Source: Octopus sinensis
Taxonomy: Eukaryota
Assembly (NCBI RefSeq): GCF_006345805.1
Contig: NC_043017.1
Span: forward strand, 5,518,001 to 5,582,000
Direction of reading: 5' to 3'
DNA: 64,000 nt
Shown in pieces: positions 40,337 through 54,869 of the stretch. Within the stretch, counting starts at the first letter, position 1, and each line of letters starts with the position of its first letter. Under the pieces are notes generated by a model. The model was not told the DNA's origin and made no database searches. It was given only the letters and a program-made list of their open reading frames with translations. The translations under genes and the position numbers were made by a program.

Positions 40337-42509
40337 GGTGGTGTTAGCGGCGGTTGAGAATTTTATATATTTATGGCAAAGTATCCATTGATAGATGACA
40401 CTGAGACCCTGAAAGACCAGACCACTGTTTATTGTTAAACTGGTATGTGGAATGCATATGTGTCTTCATGTGTATGATAGTTGTTAAGATGTTGAGACCT
40501 TTATAGTTTTATTAAGACTGTTTGTTATTGAACACCCATTGATGGATACTTTTGATCATGAAAGATCAGGCCATTGTCTATTATTGTTTCACTGGTGCAT
40601 GGAATTAATGTGAATGTGTATGCATGGTAATTGTTAAAATATTGAAACATTTACAGTTTTACGGATTACATGTTCAATATTTTTAACAATTTCAATTAAA
40701 ATGAGGGAATTAGGAAGAGAAAAATGTAAAAAAAAAGCAAAATATTTTGACATTTAAAGTAAGAGAAATTTAAAACAATTAAAAATCTTCATGTCAGTCA
40801 TTCACACACAAATATAGAAACACACAGGTGCATGTATACTTAATACAAAAGCTACATGCAATCTTGTATTTAAGCATATCATTGAAAAGTCTGCAGAACC
40901 TGAAGACAAATGCTCAGGCACACACAATAGACTGTATTATGCAATTCTACATATGCACACACAACTGACTGCATTATACAATTGTACACACACACACACA
41001 TACTCACACTTCCAAACCACTCTTTCCTGTGAGCACACAAGCACCTAAGTTATTCTCAATCACAAATGCATAACAACATACCAATGGGTGTGCATGTGTG
41101 CATATATAGGCATATACATACATATGGGAGGGGGGGACATGCACGAAAATGCATTGTGCATTAATACACTTTTATGCTCACTTATTCTGCCACCTTTCCT
41201 TTTCTCTTTTCCTACACACACACACACACACACACACAGATATGCACTGATCACATATATAAAACAAAATTGCATGCAAATGCATTACAAGCAACACAAT
41301 CAAGGGCAGTACATATAAACACACACACACATATATATATACTTATTATATGTGTGTGTGTGTGTGTGTTTGTGTGTATGTGTGTGTGTGTATGTATATT
41401 CCAAACAAGTGACACACACTAGCACATACATTCATAAACATCTGTTTCAGTACAAGCATTGGCATTTTCTCATTGCTCTAAATTCAGGTTATGCAGCACA
41501 GTTAGGCAATTGATGCTGCACTGGTGAAATCAATAAACACAGACAAGTAATTCAAAAAATTACAACAACAACAACAACAACAGTAGCAGCACTAGCTGCG
41601 ACAACAACAACAACCACTATCAGCAGCATCAGCCAGTTCAGATAAGTACATACATGAACTGAGTGCAGAAGCACACAACTGCACACTGCATTACTTCTCA
41701 GTGCATTTCAATATGCAGATCTGCTCTAATTTCTTCTCTCTATCTATAGAAGATTTGTATTCAATTGGTCACGTATTTTCCCAAACTATCTGACCGAATA
41801 TAAATAAATTTTCTGTCAAGAGATATGGCATCTAAAGCACACATGCAATGAATAAAATGTAAGTTTGTGCTTCTTGATGCTATCCCTGTTTGTGAGAGAT
41901 GTAACATAAAAATTTATATAATAGCAATAACAATGTAATAATGGTAATTAGTAAAATAATTAGCAATAGACAAGATTTGGGGCAGGGAGGCATATCTTCC
42001 TTTTCTCGGACACACTTGTAGATAAGCAAGCCAAAACTGAATGCATGGCTACAACAATGAAGGGAGTGTATGTACATGCATGTGTGCAAATATATATTTA
42101 TGAGATGATGAGAGGGCATAGGGAGGCTGTGAAAAATAGAGGGAATGTAAGCATATATGCATACATGCATATATCATGTTTTCCTACAGGATCTCCTTTT
42201 CTCTGTGCATGTAAATGCATGTCTATATGTCTGTGTGTGTTTATATGTATAAGTATGTATATAAAAGTGTGCATCCCTGTTTTATGTGTGTATATGTGGT
42301 TCCAGGTATATATACACAGTGTACAAATGTATCTGCAGTGAAATACACCAGTGAATATTTTACTTCTTTTCATTTGCATAGATAAGTAGTAAGAAAGATT
42401 AATTAACATTGATATATACTACCTAACAGAAATTTTACTGAAGTTACCTTCCTACTGACTTCATTGTGTCAATGATATTCGAAGTTACTGTCAAACTTAG
42501 TTTTGTACA

Positions 42510-42621
42510 CAATTATATGTATATATGTATATATACACACACAAATATATGCTTGTATTTATAAAACCTATATACACATGTATGTATATATATGTATGTG
42601 TGTATATATATATATATGATG

Positions 42622-42654
<33 letters not shown>

Positions 42655-43599
42655 TATATCTATATATGTATATATACATAGATACATACAAATATATTTA
42701 CATACATATATATACATAGATACATACATATATATACATAGATACATACATATATATACATAGATACATACATATATATACATAGATACATACATATATA
42801 TACATAGATACATACATATATATACATAGATACATACACATATATATACATAGATACATACACATATATACACATAGATACATACACATATATACACGTA
42901 GATACATACACATATATACACATAGATACATACACATATATACACATAGATACATACACATATATACACATAGATACATACACATACATACACATAGATA
43001 CATACATATATATATACACATAGATACATACATATATATATACACATAGATACATACATATATATATACACATAGATACATACATATATATATACACATA
43101 GATACATACATATATATATACACATAGATACATACATATACACATAGATACATACATATACACATAGATATATACATATATACATAGATACATACATATA
43201 TACATACACATAGATACATATATATACACATAGATACATACATATACACATAGATACATACATATACACATAGATACATACATATACACAGATACATATA
43301 TATATATTCATACATATATATATTCATACACACATACATATATATATTCATACACACATACATACATATATTCATTCATACATACATATATATATTCATA
43401 CATACATACATATATATATTCATACATACATACATATATATATTCATACATACATATATATATATTCATACATACATACATATATATATTCATACATACA
43501 TATATATATATTCATACATACACACACACACACACACAAATATATACATATTTATATGTATATACATACATGTATGGATATATATGTGTGTGTGTAAAG

Positions 43600-43630
<31 letters not shown>
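42510..43630. repeat. Compound (TA/CA) array with 18-24-nt higher-order units
   Basis: Recurrent acatagatacatac cores (~42690-43290), then attcatacatac cores (~43300-43520). Confidence 0.9.
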
Positions 43631-43633
<3 letters not shown>

Positions 43634-43922
43634 AATAATATCAGGATAATAAAGATTTTAGAAATTTTTACTTCTAGTTCCCTAGCGTATAGAAAAATTA
43701 GTCAATAGCCTATATATTATTCGTATTATATACAGTGTACATTTAAACACATTAAGGTGTCCATCATAGAACTCCCTTACGCTAGAAGGAACAGCTAAAG
43801 TCCAAAACCACTAATTAGGGATAAATTCTCAAAGGGAATGAAAGGTAAAAACATTAAAATGTATAAGCAAGAGGTATATGCTAGATTGGCTTTGTGTTTA
43901 TAAATTTAATCTTGGCATACCT

Positions 43923-44150
43923 ATTTCTTTACTACCCACAAGGGGCTAAACACAGAGGGGACAAACAAGGACAGACAAACGGATTAAGTCGATTATATCG
44001 ACCCCAGTGTGTAACTGGTACTTATTTAATCGACCCCGAAAGGATGAAAGGCAAAGTCGACCTCAGCGGAATTTGAACTCAGAATGTAACAGTAGACGAA
44101 ATACGGCTATGCATTTCGCCGGCGTGCTAACGTTTCTGCCAGCTCGCCAC
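43923..44150 (-). mobile_element. Young tRNA-derived SINE, family B, with 17-bp target-site duplication
   Basis: Head gtggcgagctggcagaaacgttagc; core gtcgactttgcctttcatcctttcggggtcgat (recalled as Nin/Deu-type domain); flanked by ttaatcttggcatacct at 43906-43922 and 44153-44169. Confidence 0.88.
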
Positions 44151-44284
44151 TCTTAATCTTGGCATACCTGTTAACGAAGACTTCGCCTGACAAATTATTT
44201 TATTTGCTAAAAGAAAGTCAGAAACCGGTCCAGGAAATAGATGGTAAATGTTCTTATTTTTCATTCCCTTTTCATATAAACATG

Positions 44285-44331
<47 letters not shown>

Positions 44332-44623
44332 ATTAATAATATCAGGATAATAAAGATTTTAGAAATTTTTACTTCTAGTTCCCTAGCGTATAGAAAAATT
44401 AGTCAATAGCCTATATATTATTCGTATTATATACAGTGTACATTTAAACACATTCAGGTGTCCATCATAGAACTCCCTTACGCTAGAAGGAACAGCTAAA
44501 GTCCAAAACCACTAATTAGGGATAAATTCTCAAAGGGAATGAAAGGTAAAAACATTAAAATGTATAAGCAAGAGGTATATGCTAGATTGGCTTTGTGTTT
44601 ATAAATTTAATCTTGGCATACCT

Positions 44624-44852
44624 ATTTCTTTACTACCCACAAGGGGCTAAACACAGAGGGGACAAACAAGGACAGACAAACGGATTAAGTCGATTATATC
44701 GACCCCAGTGTGTAACTGGTACTTATTTAATCGACCCCGAAAGGATGAAAGGCAAAGTCGACCTCAGCGGAATTTGAACTCAGAATGTAACAGTAGACGA
44801 AATACGGCTATGCATTTCGCCCGGCGTGCTAACGTTTCTGCCAGCTCGCCAC
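44624..44852 (-). mobile_element. Duplicate of the family B SINE within the tandem duplication
   Basis: Identical to 43923-44150 except one extra C; same TSD at 44607-44623 and 44855-44871. Confidence 0.88.
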
Positions 44853-44983
44853 TCTTAATCTTGGCATACCTGTTAACGAAGACTTCGCCTGACAAATTAT
44901 TTTATTTGCTAAAAGAAAGTCAGAAACCGGTCCAGGAAATAGATGGTAAATGTTCTTATTTTTCATTCCCTTTTCATATAAAC

Positions 44984-45022
<39 letters not shown>

Positions 45023-45104
45023 TAAACGTATGTGTGTGTGTGTGTGTTTATTTATATATATATTTACATATACATATGAACACATACTTATGATCTTTTA
45101 ATTT

Positions 45105-45450
45105 TTTGTGATCTCAGTCACTGGACTGTGGCCATGCTGGGGCAATACTCTGAAGGATGTTTAGTTGAACATATCAATTCCAGTACTTATTTTTTTAAGC
45201 CTGGTACTTATTCTATTATGTTACAGGGATGCAAACAGACCAATACAGTTATCAAGCAGTAGTGGAAGACACAGATACATGCATATGTATGACAGGCTTC
45301 TTTCAGTTTCCATCTACCAGATCCACTCAAAAGGCCTTAGTTGTCCCAGGGCTGTAGTAAAATACACTTCTGCAGGGTGTCATGCAATAGGACGGAATAC
45401 AAAGCAACATGGTTGGAAAGCAAGCTTTTTAATGGCACAGCCATGCTTGT
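45105..45450 (-). mobile_element. SINE family A, degenerate
   Basis: ctcagtcactggactgtggccatgctgggg...ctttcagtttccatctaccagatccactc. Confidence 0.75.
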
Positions 45451-45755
45451 ACCTATATATGGACACTAAATCATGATCACAATACATATAAATAAATAAA
45501 TGCACATGCGTGTGTGTGTGTGTGTATGCAGATGTACATATGTGTGTGCATGTGCATACACATGGTGTGTGTAATTATGAAAAAACAGCAGAAACCAAAA
45601 CCATGTCATAAAATAATTTAACTGGTTGACAAATTTCTTTTCTGAATGTAACCCAGATATTATAAGACAGGGCCATGCATTTTGTCATACAAGAAGGTTG
45701 AACAGGATATGGAACTGAATCAAAAGGAATTTAAATGACATGCCTTTGTGACGGT

Positions 45756-45770
45756 AGGTCATCATGACCT
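45756..45770. promoter_or_regulatory. Perfect consensus estrogen-response-element palindrome (IR3)
   Basis: AGGTCA-tca-TGACCT. Motif match only. Confidence 0.4.
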
Positions 45771-47277
45771 TGGACAAAGCAAAAAAGCTAGTACAGTTTG
45801 CATATGGAAAAATTGGGTTGTGTGGGAGAAGAGAAAAATGGGAAATAAATAAACAGTTGTAATAGTTTGATGGTAGAGATTATAGTGGTGGTGAGTGTAT
45901 AGTTAAAGTGAAGGTGCTGGTAATGGAATGTCATACAATTTTAAATAGAAGAAATAGCGATAACACAAACTTCCTAATAACATAGCCAATCTATTTCTTT
46001 CTTTGTCTGTCTGTCAAGATCTCTCTCTCCCCCTCTCTCTCTAAAGCATTATACAATATGCACATGGAAAATTCAATATTTCGTCAACTCAAAATGTCTT
46101 AGTGACAACAAAATTATGGGTCCATAACCTTTGCAATATTTTTTTTTTCTTTTTACCATTCTCAAGTTGGACAATTGAGTCTACTTGGCACTGCTACCTG
46201 CAATAGACTGACAGACTAATTGTTCAATGAGATGAATTTCTCAATATAATACTGCAAAGCCTCAAGCTAGACATTACAATGTTCTTGTGATGTGTTGTGT
46301 GGCTGGGGAACATAGGAACAACTAGGCTCACAGAGTCTATAATTTGACATACAGATAGCACTGTTCAAAGTTTGCTTTCATCACAAGATGAATAAATACT
46401 TGATGATATTCAAAATGCCCATGTTTTATATCCAGCAGCTTGGTAATCATTGAAAAGGCCCATTTAGGAATAGCAGCCAGAAATCTATGATACTAATATC
46501 CAGTTTCACAAGTTCAAAACTGACTACATACTAACAGATAGGTCCATGGAAGTATAAGAAAACAAATGTATGTGTGTGTGCGTGTGTGTGTGTATGTACC
46601 AGACTACCTGTGACCTGTTGGATCACAGGGGAAGTCTGAGTTTCCCAGCAACAGAGTTTCATTTCGTGGGTTTTTTTTTTTCTTTTCCATGTTACTTCGC
46701 ATGCTTTCAATGAACATTAACATCAAAATCATTCGTAAACAGCTCCTTTCCCCAGAAAAGGTAGGATTTGGCTTCCTTTTCTTGCATGTCCTGCTACCGC
46801 ATAACAGATATTTCAGGTCTTGCAAATAGCTATTACGTGATGGCAAGGAGTGCTAGAAGTAGCAGCCCAATCTCTGGAGGTGAGATACATTGAATGCACT
46901 CAAAAGAAACCTATGGAAAAAAACTATTTCACACCGAGGTTACGAACGGGTCTTTTACAAAATATTTGCCGTATTGTTAATGTCATTTTCACTTTAAAAT
47001 AATGTGTCTAATGAAAAGGTTAGATTTTCTTCCCTTTCAGGATTAAGTTATTTTCATAGTATTTTCCCATTATGCACCGTTTTGGGTAGTTATACCCCAA
47101 AACCATGAATATCTCAATAACTACTGGTCTAATTTATGTGAAACTCGTTTCATTCCATTCATATTCACATTTCAGAGGCACTTTACTTTCAAAGTATTTT
47201 CTTATTATGAGCCAGTTTGGCTGTGTAACATTGCAAGCAAGCAAGATTGAACTTCACTTTTAATGTATTATATATAT

Positions 47278-47317
<40 letters not shown>

Positions 47318-48101
47318 TGAGGAGCAACTAGGTGAATAATCAGTCATGTACAAGTAATTATACTCTACAACATGTATTTAGTACTTATCCTCTCAATTGT
47401 CAAGCCAAAAACATGTGTGTATATTTGAGTATGTATGCACACATTATAACATCGTGTGTGTGTGTACACAAATATATATAACGCACATGTACACCCACAG
47501 ATATGATTCCAAACTTATATTTAAATTTAGAGTTGTTGTTATTAAACATTAAATACTAACACTTTGCCAGAATATGCATTTTTAAATAATTTCCTCTTTC
47601 ATTTTGTATAATCACACACACCCTAATGACACAATTACATAAGAATGTAACAATATCATGCTCTGTGTGATTTAAGAAGCTGTTATTGTGCATGAGGCCT
47701 CAATATAACACACATTTATATTAAAAAAATAATAAAATGTTACAAGGATATGGTGCGATTTATTTGCAGTGTAGAAAATTTCATAAATGCATAGAAAAGC
47801 ATACACTTGTAAAGACAAAATTCTTCATAAGACATCTTGAAGGCATGATCTTTTAAAAAGAGTGAGCCAATTACAAAAGAAGTGTGCAGTGTGTCTCTTT
47901 CAATGCATGGATCATGGTTGTACATTGTAGATAAGACATGTAACCCAATATAAACAGCATTCTGAAAAGATCTAGCTTCCACTTAAAGGGGACAATCCTG
48001 AATAATATGGCTGCAGTTCCTGTCAGCACAACAACAGCATGGCCAGTCTGTTGTTATTCTTTTTGGAATATCTTATCCTTCCCCAACCATCTCCTTTACA
48101 A

Positions 48102-48136
<35 letters not shown>

Positions 48137-48839
48137 CATGTGCACATGCACATGCATGCACGCTCCTTTTGTAACAATGTTTGCAGTGTTGAAATGGCTG
48201 CAAGCATTGTCAACATCCCAACTAGCAGCAGTTGCATTGTTTCTGGCAGCTGCATTGGCTGTTGGCGGATGTTAGGTGCGTGGTGGCAGCAGAGCAATGA
48301 AGAGGAGGGGAAAGGGAGCTGTGTTGAGCAATTGGGCTTAGCAGTAGCCAATTACCAGTTGCTATGACAACAGTAAAAGTCACCATAACTAGCTAGGACT
48401 AGTGGTTGGCAAACAGCGATGAATGGCACATATTGCATCATTTCAAGTATAACACTACCACCACAGTATACCGCAATAGATAATGAGAAACAGCAATAAA
48501 CCAGCACCTCTTCAAGAAACTGTGGCATATTCTGTGCCATGGCAATAAACACTGCAAAATTCCAAAGTTGGGTGAGGGAGGGAAAAGAAGATGCAATAAA
48601 ATAATGAATTTCATTTCCAGCGTGTAATGAGGAGTAAATATAGAAAATCAAAATCTATTGATTCATTATCCCACTGTTGACCCCAGTACAATTTGAACTT
48701 AGAAATTAGAAACAATATTTTAGAAAACTATATATATCTGCCATGACACACTCTTTGGTGAAGCATTATTGTCTGTACCAAATCCACCACTCTAATAATA
48801 GTAGTTTCTACAAAATAATAATAAGAAGAATACTTTTTA

Positions 48840-49440
48840 CTATAAGCTCAAGGCCTGAAATTTTAGGGCAGACATAAGTCAAGTACATCAACCCCTGTGC
48901 TCAAGTGGTACTTATTTTCATCAACCTTAAAAGGATAAAAGGCAAGGTCAACCTTGGAATTGAGGAAATAACAAGTGAAATGCCACTAAGCATTTTGTCT
49001 GGTGAACCAACAATTCTGCCAGCTCACCACCTGAATAATAATAATCCTTTCTTTTAAAGGGACAATGTCTGAAATTTTGAAGGAAGAAGCTAGTTGATTA
49101 CTTCAACCCCAGTGCTCAGCTGGTACTTATTTCATCAACCCCAAAAGGATGAAAGGCAAATAACCTCGGCAGGATCTGGACTCAGAATGCATAATGTAAA
49201 GAAGGAGGAAATGAAACAAATCATTTTGTCTGACACACTAATGATTGTGTCAGCTTCCCACCTTAGTAGTAATAATAAAATAATAACAACAACAACAATG
49301 ACGATGATTTCTAATATAGGTAAAAGGTATAGTCATTTATGTCAACCCCACTACAAGATTTGAGCTCAGAATGTATAGTCATAAGTAAATATAATAAGAT
49401 ATTTTGTCCAACACACCAACAATTCTACTGACTTCACCAC
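48840..49440 (-). mobile_element. Cluster of about three degenerate family B SINEs
   Basis: Repeated ggtacttatttcatcaacc...aaaggatgaaaggcaa and caacaattct.ccagctcaccac segments. Confidence 0.7.
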
Positions 49441-49484
49441 CTTAATAAAGTTCCAAAATAATGATGATGATGATGATAATTGCT

Positions 49485-50058
49485 CTGTTGTAGTACCAGG
49501 CAGTGGCTCTCATGGCTTCTGATCTTAACTTATTGGAAGAGTTATCATGTACATTGTTTTCTCTTGGTATAAAAAGATTGCTACAACAAATATTCTGCTT
49601 GGTACAACAAATTTGCTAGTCAGTTGTTTGACCATAACCAGCTGAGCATGTCCCTTAGTGATTGACGATATGTGCATCTCTGATCACAAGCAGAAACAGT
49701 TGGGGAGCATCATAGCCAAGTACTCAGAGGAATTCTTTGAAGTTCAGATAATTCACCTTTGGAAACATGGGTGTATTGTTCAATATCCTTAAACAACCCT
49801 TATTCAGGGACCTTTTGAGTGGAATGGGCTACTCAACCTGAAGAAAACTCTAACTGGGCCCCACCTTCAAGGTCATGCACTGTTTATTTTGATATGAGAT
49901 CACCATGTCGTGCACATATGGTTGTGATGCATGTGCCTGGTGTACCCTTATCAGACAGGTAGTCATGATGGATATACTGGGCTTCGTATATTTTACCCGA
50001 GTGTCATTTTGATGGCATGCACTACTCTCTCACTCAATAATAATAATAATAATAATAA
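49485..50058 (+). repeat. Probable interspersed retroposed element ending in (AAT)n
   Basis: About 550 bp of GC-richer sequence ending ctctcactc(aat)n; class not determinable from the window. Confidence 0.4.
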
Positions 50059-53000
50059 CTTCTAATACTGATACAAAGTTATATATTTTTTGGAGCGGGG
50101 AAGAGGGAAGGATATAGTTGATTAATTTCATACTAATATACTACTGGTACCTAATTTATAAACCCGCAGGATGAAGGGCAAGAGCAACCTTGAAATGATA
50201 TGAACTCAAAACACAGAGAGATAAAATGATAAAATTTAATGTATTTCAAAGAAAGTGTATGTAGGAGATCATACTACTCATATATCTCTTGAAAGTATAA
50301 GCAAGGTTATTGTTTTCACTTGTGTTCTGAAAATACTACAAAATCTCCAATGAATTCCTTTTTGAAAGAGTGACTCACAGGTGAAAATATTCAACGTTTT
50401 CTCATTCAAATTTATTTGCATGTTTGTTTATGAACAACAAAAAAAAAAGACAAATATAAAAAAAAATGTTACCAGTAACACAGTAGACTAGAAATAATCA
50501 TACACTATGCCAAGCCTGTGACCTGGTTTCAATACCAGATCTATTGTGAATGTCCTTGGAAAAGGCATTAACATCATAACAATCAATTTCACCCTTTCTA
50601 AAACTTCCAGCCTTTTATACTTATGTAAGAAATAATTACTTGGCACAGTCAATAGCAAGTTTTATTAGACGTTTTTCTATTATCTGGTTTATTGCTTTAT
50701 TATTGTGCTGACTAGAGTCAACTTTGCTGTCTATTTTTTTCAGAGTCAATAGCAGCATTGTGTAGGAAGCGGTAATTTCTCTCTGCTAGCTGACAATGTG
50801 AATTCACTTTGGTTTCTAATTGAAGCAAACTTACTTCACAGAAGACATTTATACCCTTCAGATATACACAAATATTATACAATCTCTTTCCTTATCTTAT
50901 AAAATGTCATCATACTGAAGGGAAGTTGAAATTAATTATATCAACCAATTATTATCTTCTCCATAACATGTTACATATTCATTGTTGCTACTGAAGAAAA
51001 CAAATGGTCATCTTTTCAAGTTGTTTCCTCCTAGAATATTTTACTGCATCTGCCTGAATTTGTTGGCTCCAAGATCAAATTCTTCCTTACATCCCTCTAA
51101 ATAAAAATATACCAACAACAGAAAGCATTCTTCCTGAACAAACTGATCTGAAGTTAAACAACTACAAATGTAGACAAAAAAACTAGCAGATTGATAAAAA
51201 TTCACTGACTAACATACTACTAGTTTCTCTCATGGTCTCCTCTACAGCTATTACAATGGCTTCTAATCTTTTGACCCAACAATCAGTATATAACCTCAAC
51301 CCAAACTTACATGACATACCTGCTTTCTTATTTGTCATTCCTACTTTGTCTTACACACTTAATTCTACATTTAACACTCAGTCTTACAACTGCAATTCTC
51401 AGGAATTCCATCCATACCAAGATTTTTACCCACTGATACTAAGGTTACCTAGGCTAAACAATAACCTGCAGATGTTCAAGCTAAATATCAGCCACATCAA
51501 TCTCATGAGTATTGGTAGTAGGAGCTCTCTTCTTTCATCATTTGACTAATTAACATTTTTATTATTATTTTAAAGGGTAATGGACTAACAGAATTGTTAG
51601 ACCTCACATAAATGTAGTAATGACATGTAGTAATTGTTGTGGCCCTTTATGTTCTAGGAGTTGTTTTAATTGACTAAGCCCTCAACCCAGCTTTGTAGCC
51701 TTGTGCTTATATAAAAAATTAATGTCTATCAATCTGTACAACACATAAATACACATTCACACAGACACACCTATGCCTCATCATCATCACTGTTTTACAT
51801 CTACTTTCCCTGCTAACATGGGTTGAATGGATTGCCATGGCCTGAGTTGGTTCCCCGTCCTACTAGACAGGTCAGAGGACCACATCTCATATATATGTTA
51901 TGGTCTGGCATAGTTTCTCTAGTTGGATGTCTTTCCTAACTCCAACCATTTTACAAAGTGTACTGGTTCACATCATGGCTCTAGCACTAGAGAAGTCATA
52001 TCTTCAACAAAACAAAAACTAAAGCATTCTCAATCTTAAACTGTCTTCACTTGCTTGTAAACTACTTTACAATGAACTGGGTACATTTTATCATAGCACC
52101 AACACTAGTGAAGTGCTTTGTACACGGCAAGATAAAAGAGAACTCACTACTCTACATTGTTTCTGTTCATTCAGAGAAATGAGACCAGTAGAGGAGAAGA
52201 TAGAAGAGATGGCAATTGTAGATGATGAATTATGATGAGGGAAAGGAAGAAGTGGGGAAACAGAATGATGGGGTGAGTAACAATGTAGAAGACAGTGCTT
52301 AAATGAGTAATAGAAAAGAAATAATAATGGTAGAGTGCAATGAAAGACAATAATGCGGAGGCTAAAATGAGAGATTCTAATGACAACTACATGTTCGCTG
52401 GTAAATGATAGGGCAATTGATGTGTATAGATGGTCAGGAGTAATGCCAATAACATGTTACCTGGGAGAAAGAGAATGGGGAGAGTATTAAATAGGCAACA
52501 TGGGCTACAGGAGACAAGTAGGGACAAAACAGTAAAAGAACCTAGTTGTAGATATATATACTATGTATTGCCCCCCACCCTATTGCCACCTCCATTTTAA
52601 CACATATTTCACACTATGCTAACACTGGTGGATTGAGTCTTCTCTAATGCTGCTTGTCACCAACCAATATACATACATAAGCAAGTTTGTGGGTTTCCAA
52701 GGATGATTGCAACTTGGACACTGTTTACATGATAGTTTTGCAAAGCGGTTACAGCTGCAATAGGTTCAACCTCTTGATTAAAGCAAACTAGGCTATATAA
52801 TGACTAATAATAATTTTTTAAAATTTTAAATAGAAAGATAGCTAAAAGTTACTATAATTAAACTTTAAAAACAGTAATGAACTGTATTTGTTAATTAATT
52901 AGAATCAAACACATCTGGGATATACTACTCTGAAAGGCTGTCAAAAATATAGATCACCTATATTTCAGTCAGTACATAAAAGAAGCAATGCAGACACTTG

Positions 53001-53389
53001 AGGTGTACTTAGTAACTACCAACACATCACAGACACCTTAAACTTGCACTTTCTGACTGCGAATAAACAGTGTACACACACCCACACCCACACCTACACA
53101 CCGCAGTACTAAAAATGCTAAGAGAGAAAATTTGTTTATTTGTCTTATGACTTGCCAAGGGTTGACTTATTCTTCTGTCTGATTAATTATGCATTAGAGT
53201 CAATATACTTTCTCTATTATACTAGAGCAGCTGGAATGGTAGAGAGAGAGAGAGTGAGGTGTTGGAGAAGGAAATAACAGTGGCAGCGATGGCAGTGGGA
53301 GTGGTGCAGATAGTTGTGATTGTTATTTTGACTGTGGCAGTCCTGGCTATAAAAGTAATAGTAGCAGTATTTTGTAATGATGGTGGTGG

Positions 53390-53451
53390 TGGTGAAGATG
53401 GTTGTTTTGGCAATGATGACAGTAGTAGTGGTGGTGGTGGTGGTGGTGGTG

Positions 53452-53512
<61 letters not shown>

Positions 53513-53700
53513 CAGCAGCAGCAGTAGAAGCAGCAGCTTGTTAGATTTATAACATGTTGGTCATTTTCTTAGTGATAACACAAAGATGATGTTGACAGTG
53601 ATAAGGAAGAAGAAGAAGAAGAAGAAGAAGAAGAAGAAGAAGAAGAAGAAGAAGGAGATGAAGAAGAAGAAGGAGGAGGAGGAGGAGAAGAAGAAGAAGA
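53390..53700. repeat. Compound trinucleotide array (GGT)n(AGT)n(AGC)n ... (AGA)n(GGA)n
   Basis: Direct reading. Confidence 0.95.
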
Positions 53701-54869
53701 AACACTAGCAACGATTTATTGTTATGGTGACAATGACAGCAGAAATAGTACTGACCACTATCATGGTGGTGATAGCAGCTTATGATGTCAGTGATGGTGT
53801 TAGATGTTGCGCAAGGTAATGATAGCGGCTACTATATTAATGATGATGGTGGTGGTGGTGGAATTGTTATAGTGGATGTGGGTGTTAGTAGTAGTAATCA
53901 TTTACTTTGGCCTAAGATCAAGAGAAGGGGAAGGATAGAAGATGTGGCATTCGTTGTTGCATAATGAGCTTTACAAGATAATGAACTGTAGTAGTAATGG
54001 TGATGGTGGGGAAGGTAGTGACTATTGAGGAATTTTCATCCGCAGTCAGCCAAATCAACAGAGAAAGAACTCTTCCACCTGCCATCAGCACCGCTGTTGC
54101 TCTTGGAAACAATTTCAGCGTAAACAAGCTTACACAGAATCAGTAGCATTAATATCAATGTGTTATAATTCCTTTCTCCCTGATGTGTGCATGTGGCACG
54201 TGCATGCATTGACATACACATACACACATTAGAATTGAAGTAAGCTCCTAGCAATTAGGGGTTAGCGACCCACTTTTGATCTTCATACTGGCCAGCTCAC
54301 AAAATTTATGGGCTTTTGCTTCCCAAAAATACATGAGCATCACTACACCCAAAACCATACAAGAATTCAGAATATATGTTACAAAGCAAGAAATTTAAAA
54401 TATATATTATTCCTCTTTTATTTATCCTTACATGCGCGCACACACACATACACGCCACTCTTCCTTAAACACGCATCATCATTGTTTTATGTTTGCTTTC
54501 CATACTAGCATGGTTTGAATAGTGTGTGAGTGTGTGTGTGTGTGTGTACTGCCGCTAAAGGTGTTAATAATGTAAAAAGATTATAACAAATCTAAAAATC
54601 TAATGAAATCCCAATTTTGGGGAAATGAAAACAATGTAGTTAGGAAAAACTACTTGCAGTTACTATAAACCATGTGTATCAAGGCTATAAAAAATATTCT
54701 CGTAGGTACAGCCTATATTCTAAGAAGAACACGATCAACTTGAGAATATTTGAATTTTTTTTAATCTTTCAAAATTATAAATATCACAACAAACTTTTAA
54801 CAGAATTTTAATGCTCAGTACTGGGTTGCCTTCCCTTGAGATATGTGATTACTCCTCGGTCTCTGGCTG

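Larger units (their letters stand above)
43630..45020. repeat. 701-bp direct tandem duplication bounded by (TA)n
   Basis: 43630-44284 vs 44331-44986; I found only one substitution and one 1-bp indel. Confidence 0.95.

Noticed and set aside
42690-43520. Regularly spaced repeats resembling a CRISPR array
   Set aside because: Spacers are TA/CA low-complexity, the context is eukaryotic and there are no cas genes.
48352-48651. ORF with FIAVCQPL resembling a GPCR TM3/ICL2 motif
   Set aside because: No DRY-like motif, no other helices with GPCR signatures, and the plus strand looks like decayed CAN-triplet sequence.
53259-53552. ORF with a hydrophobic stretch and poly-Gly/poly-Ser
   Set aside because: Derived from degenerate and perfect trinucleotide repeats.
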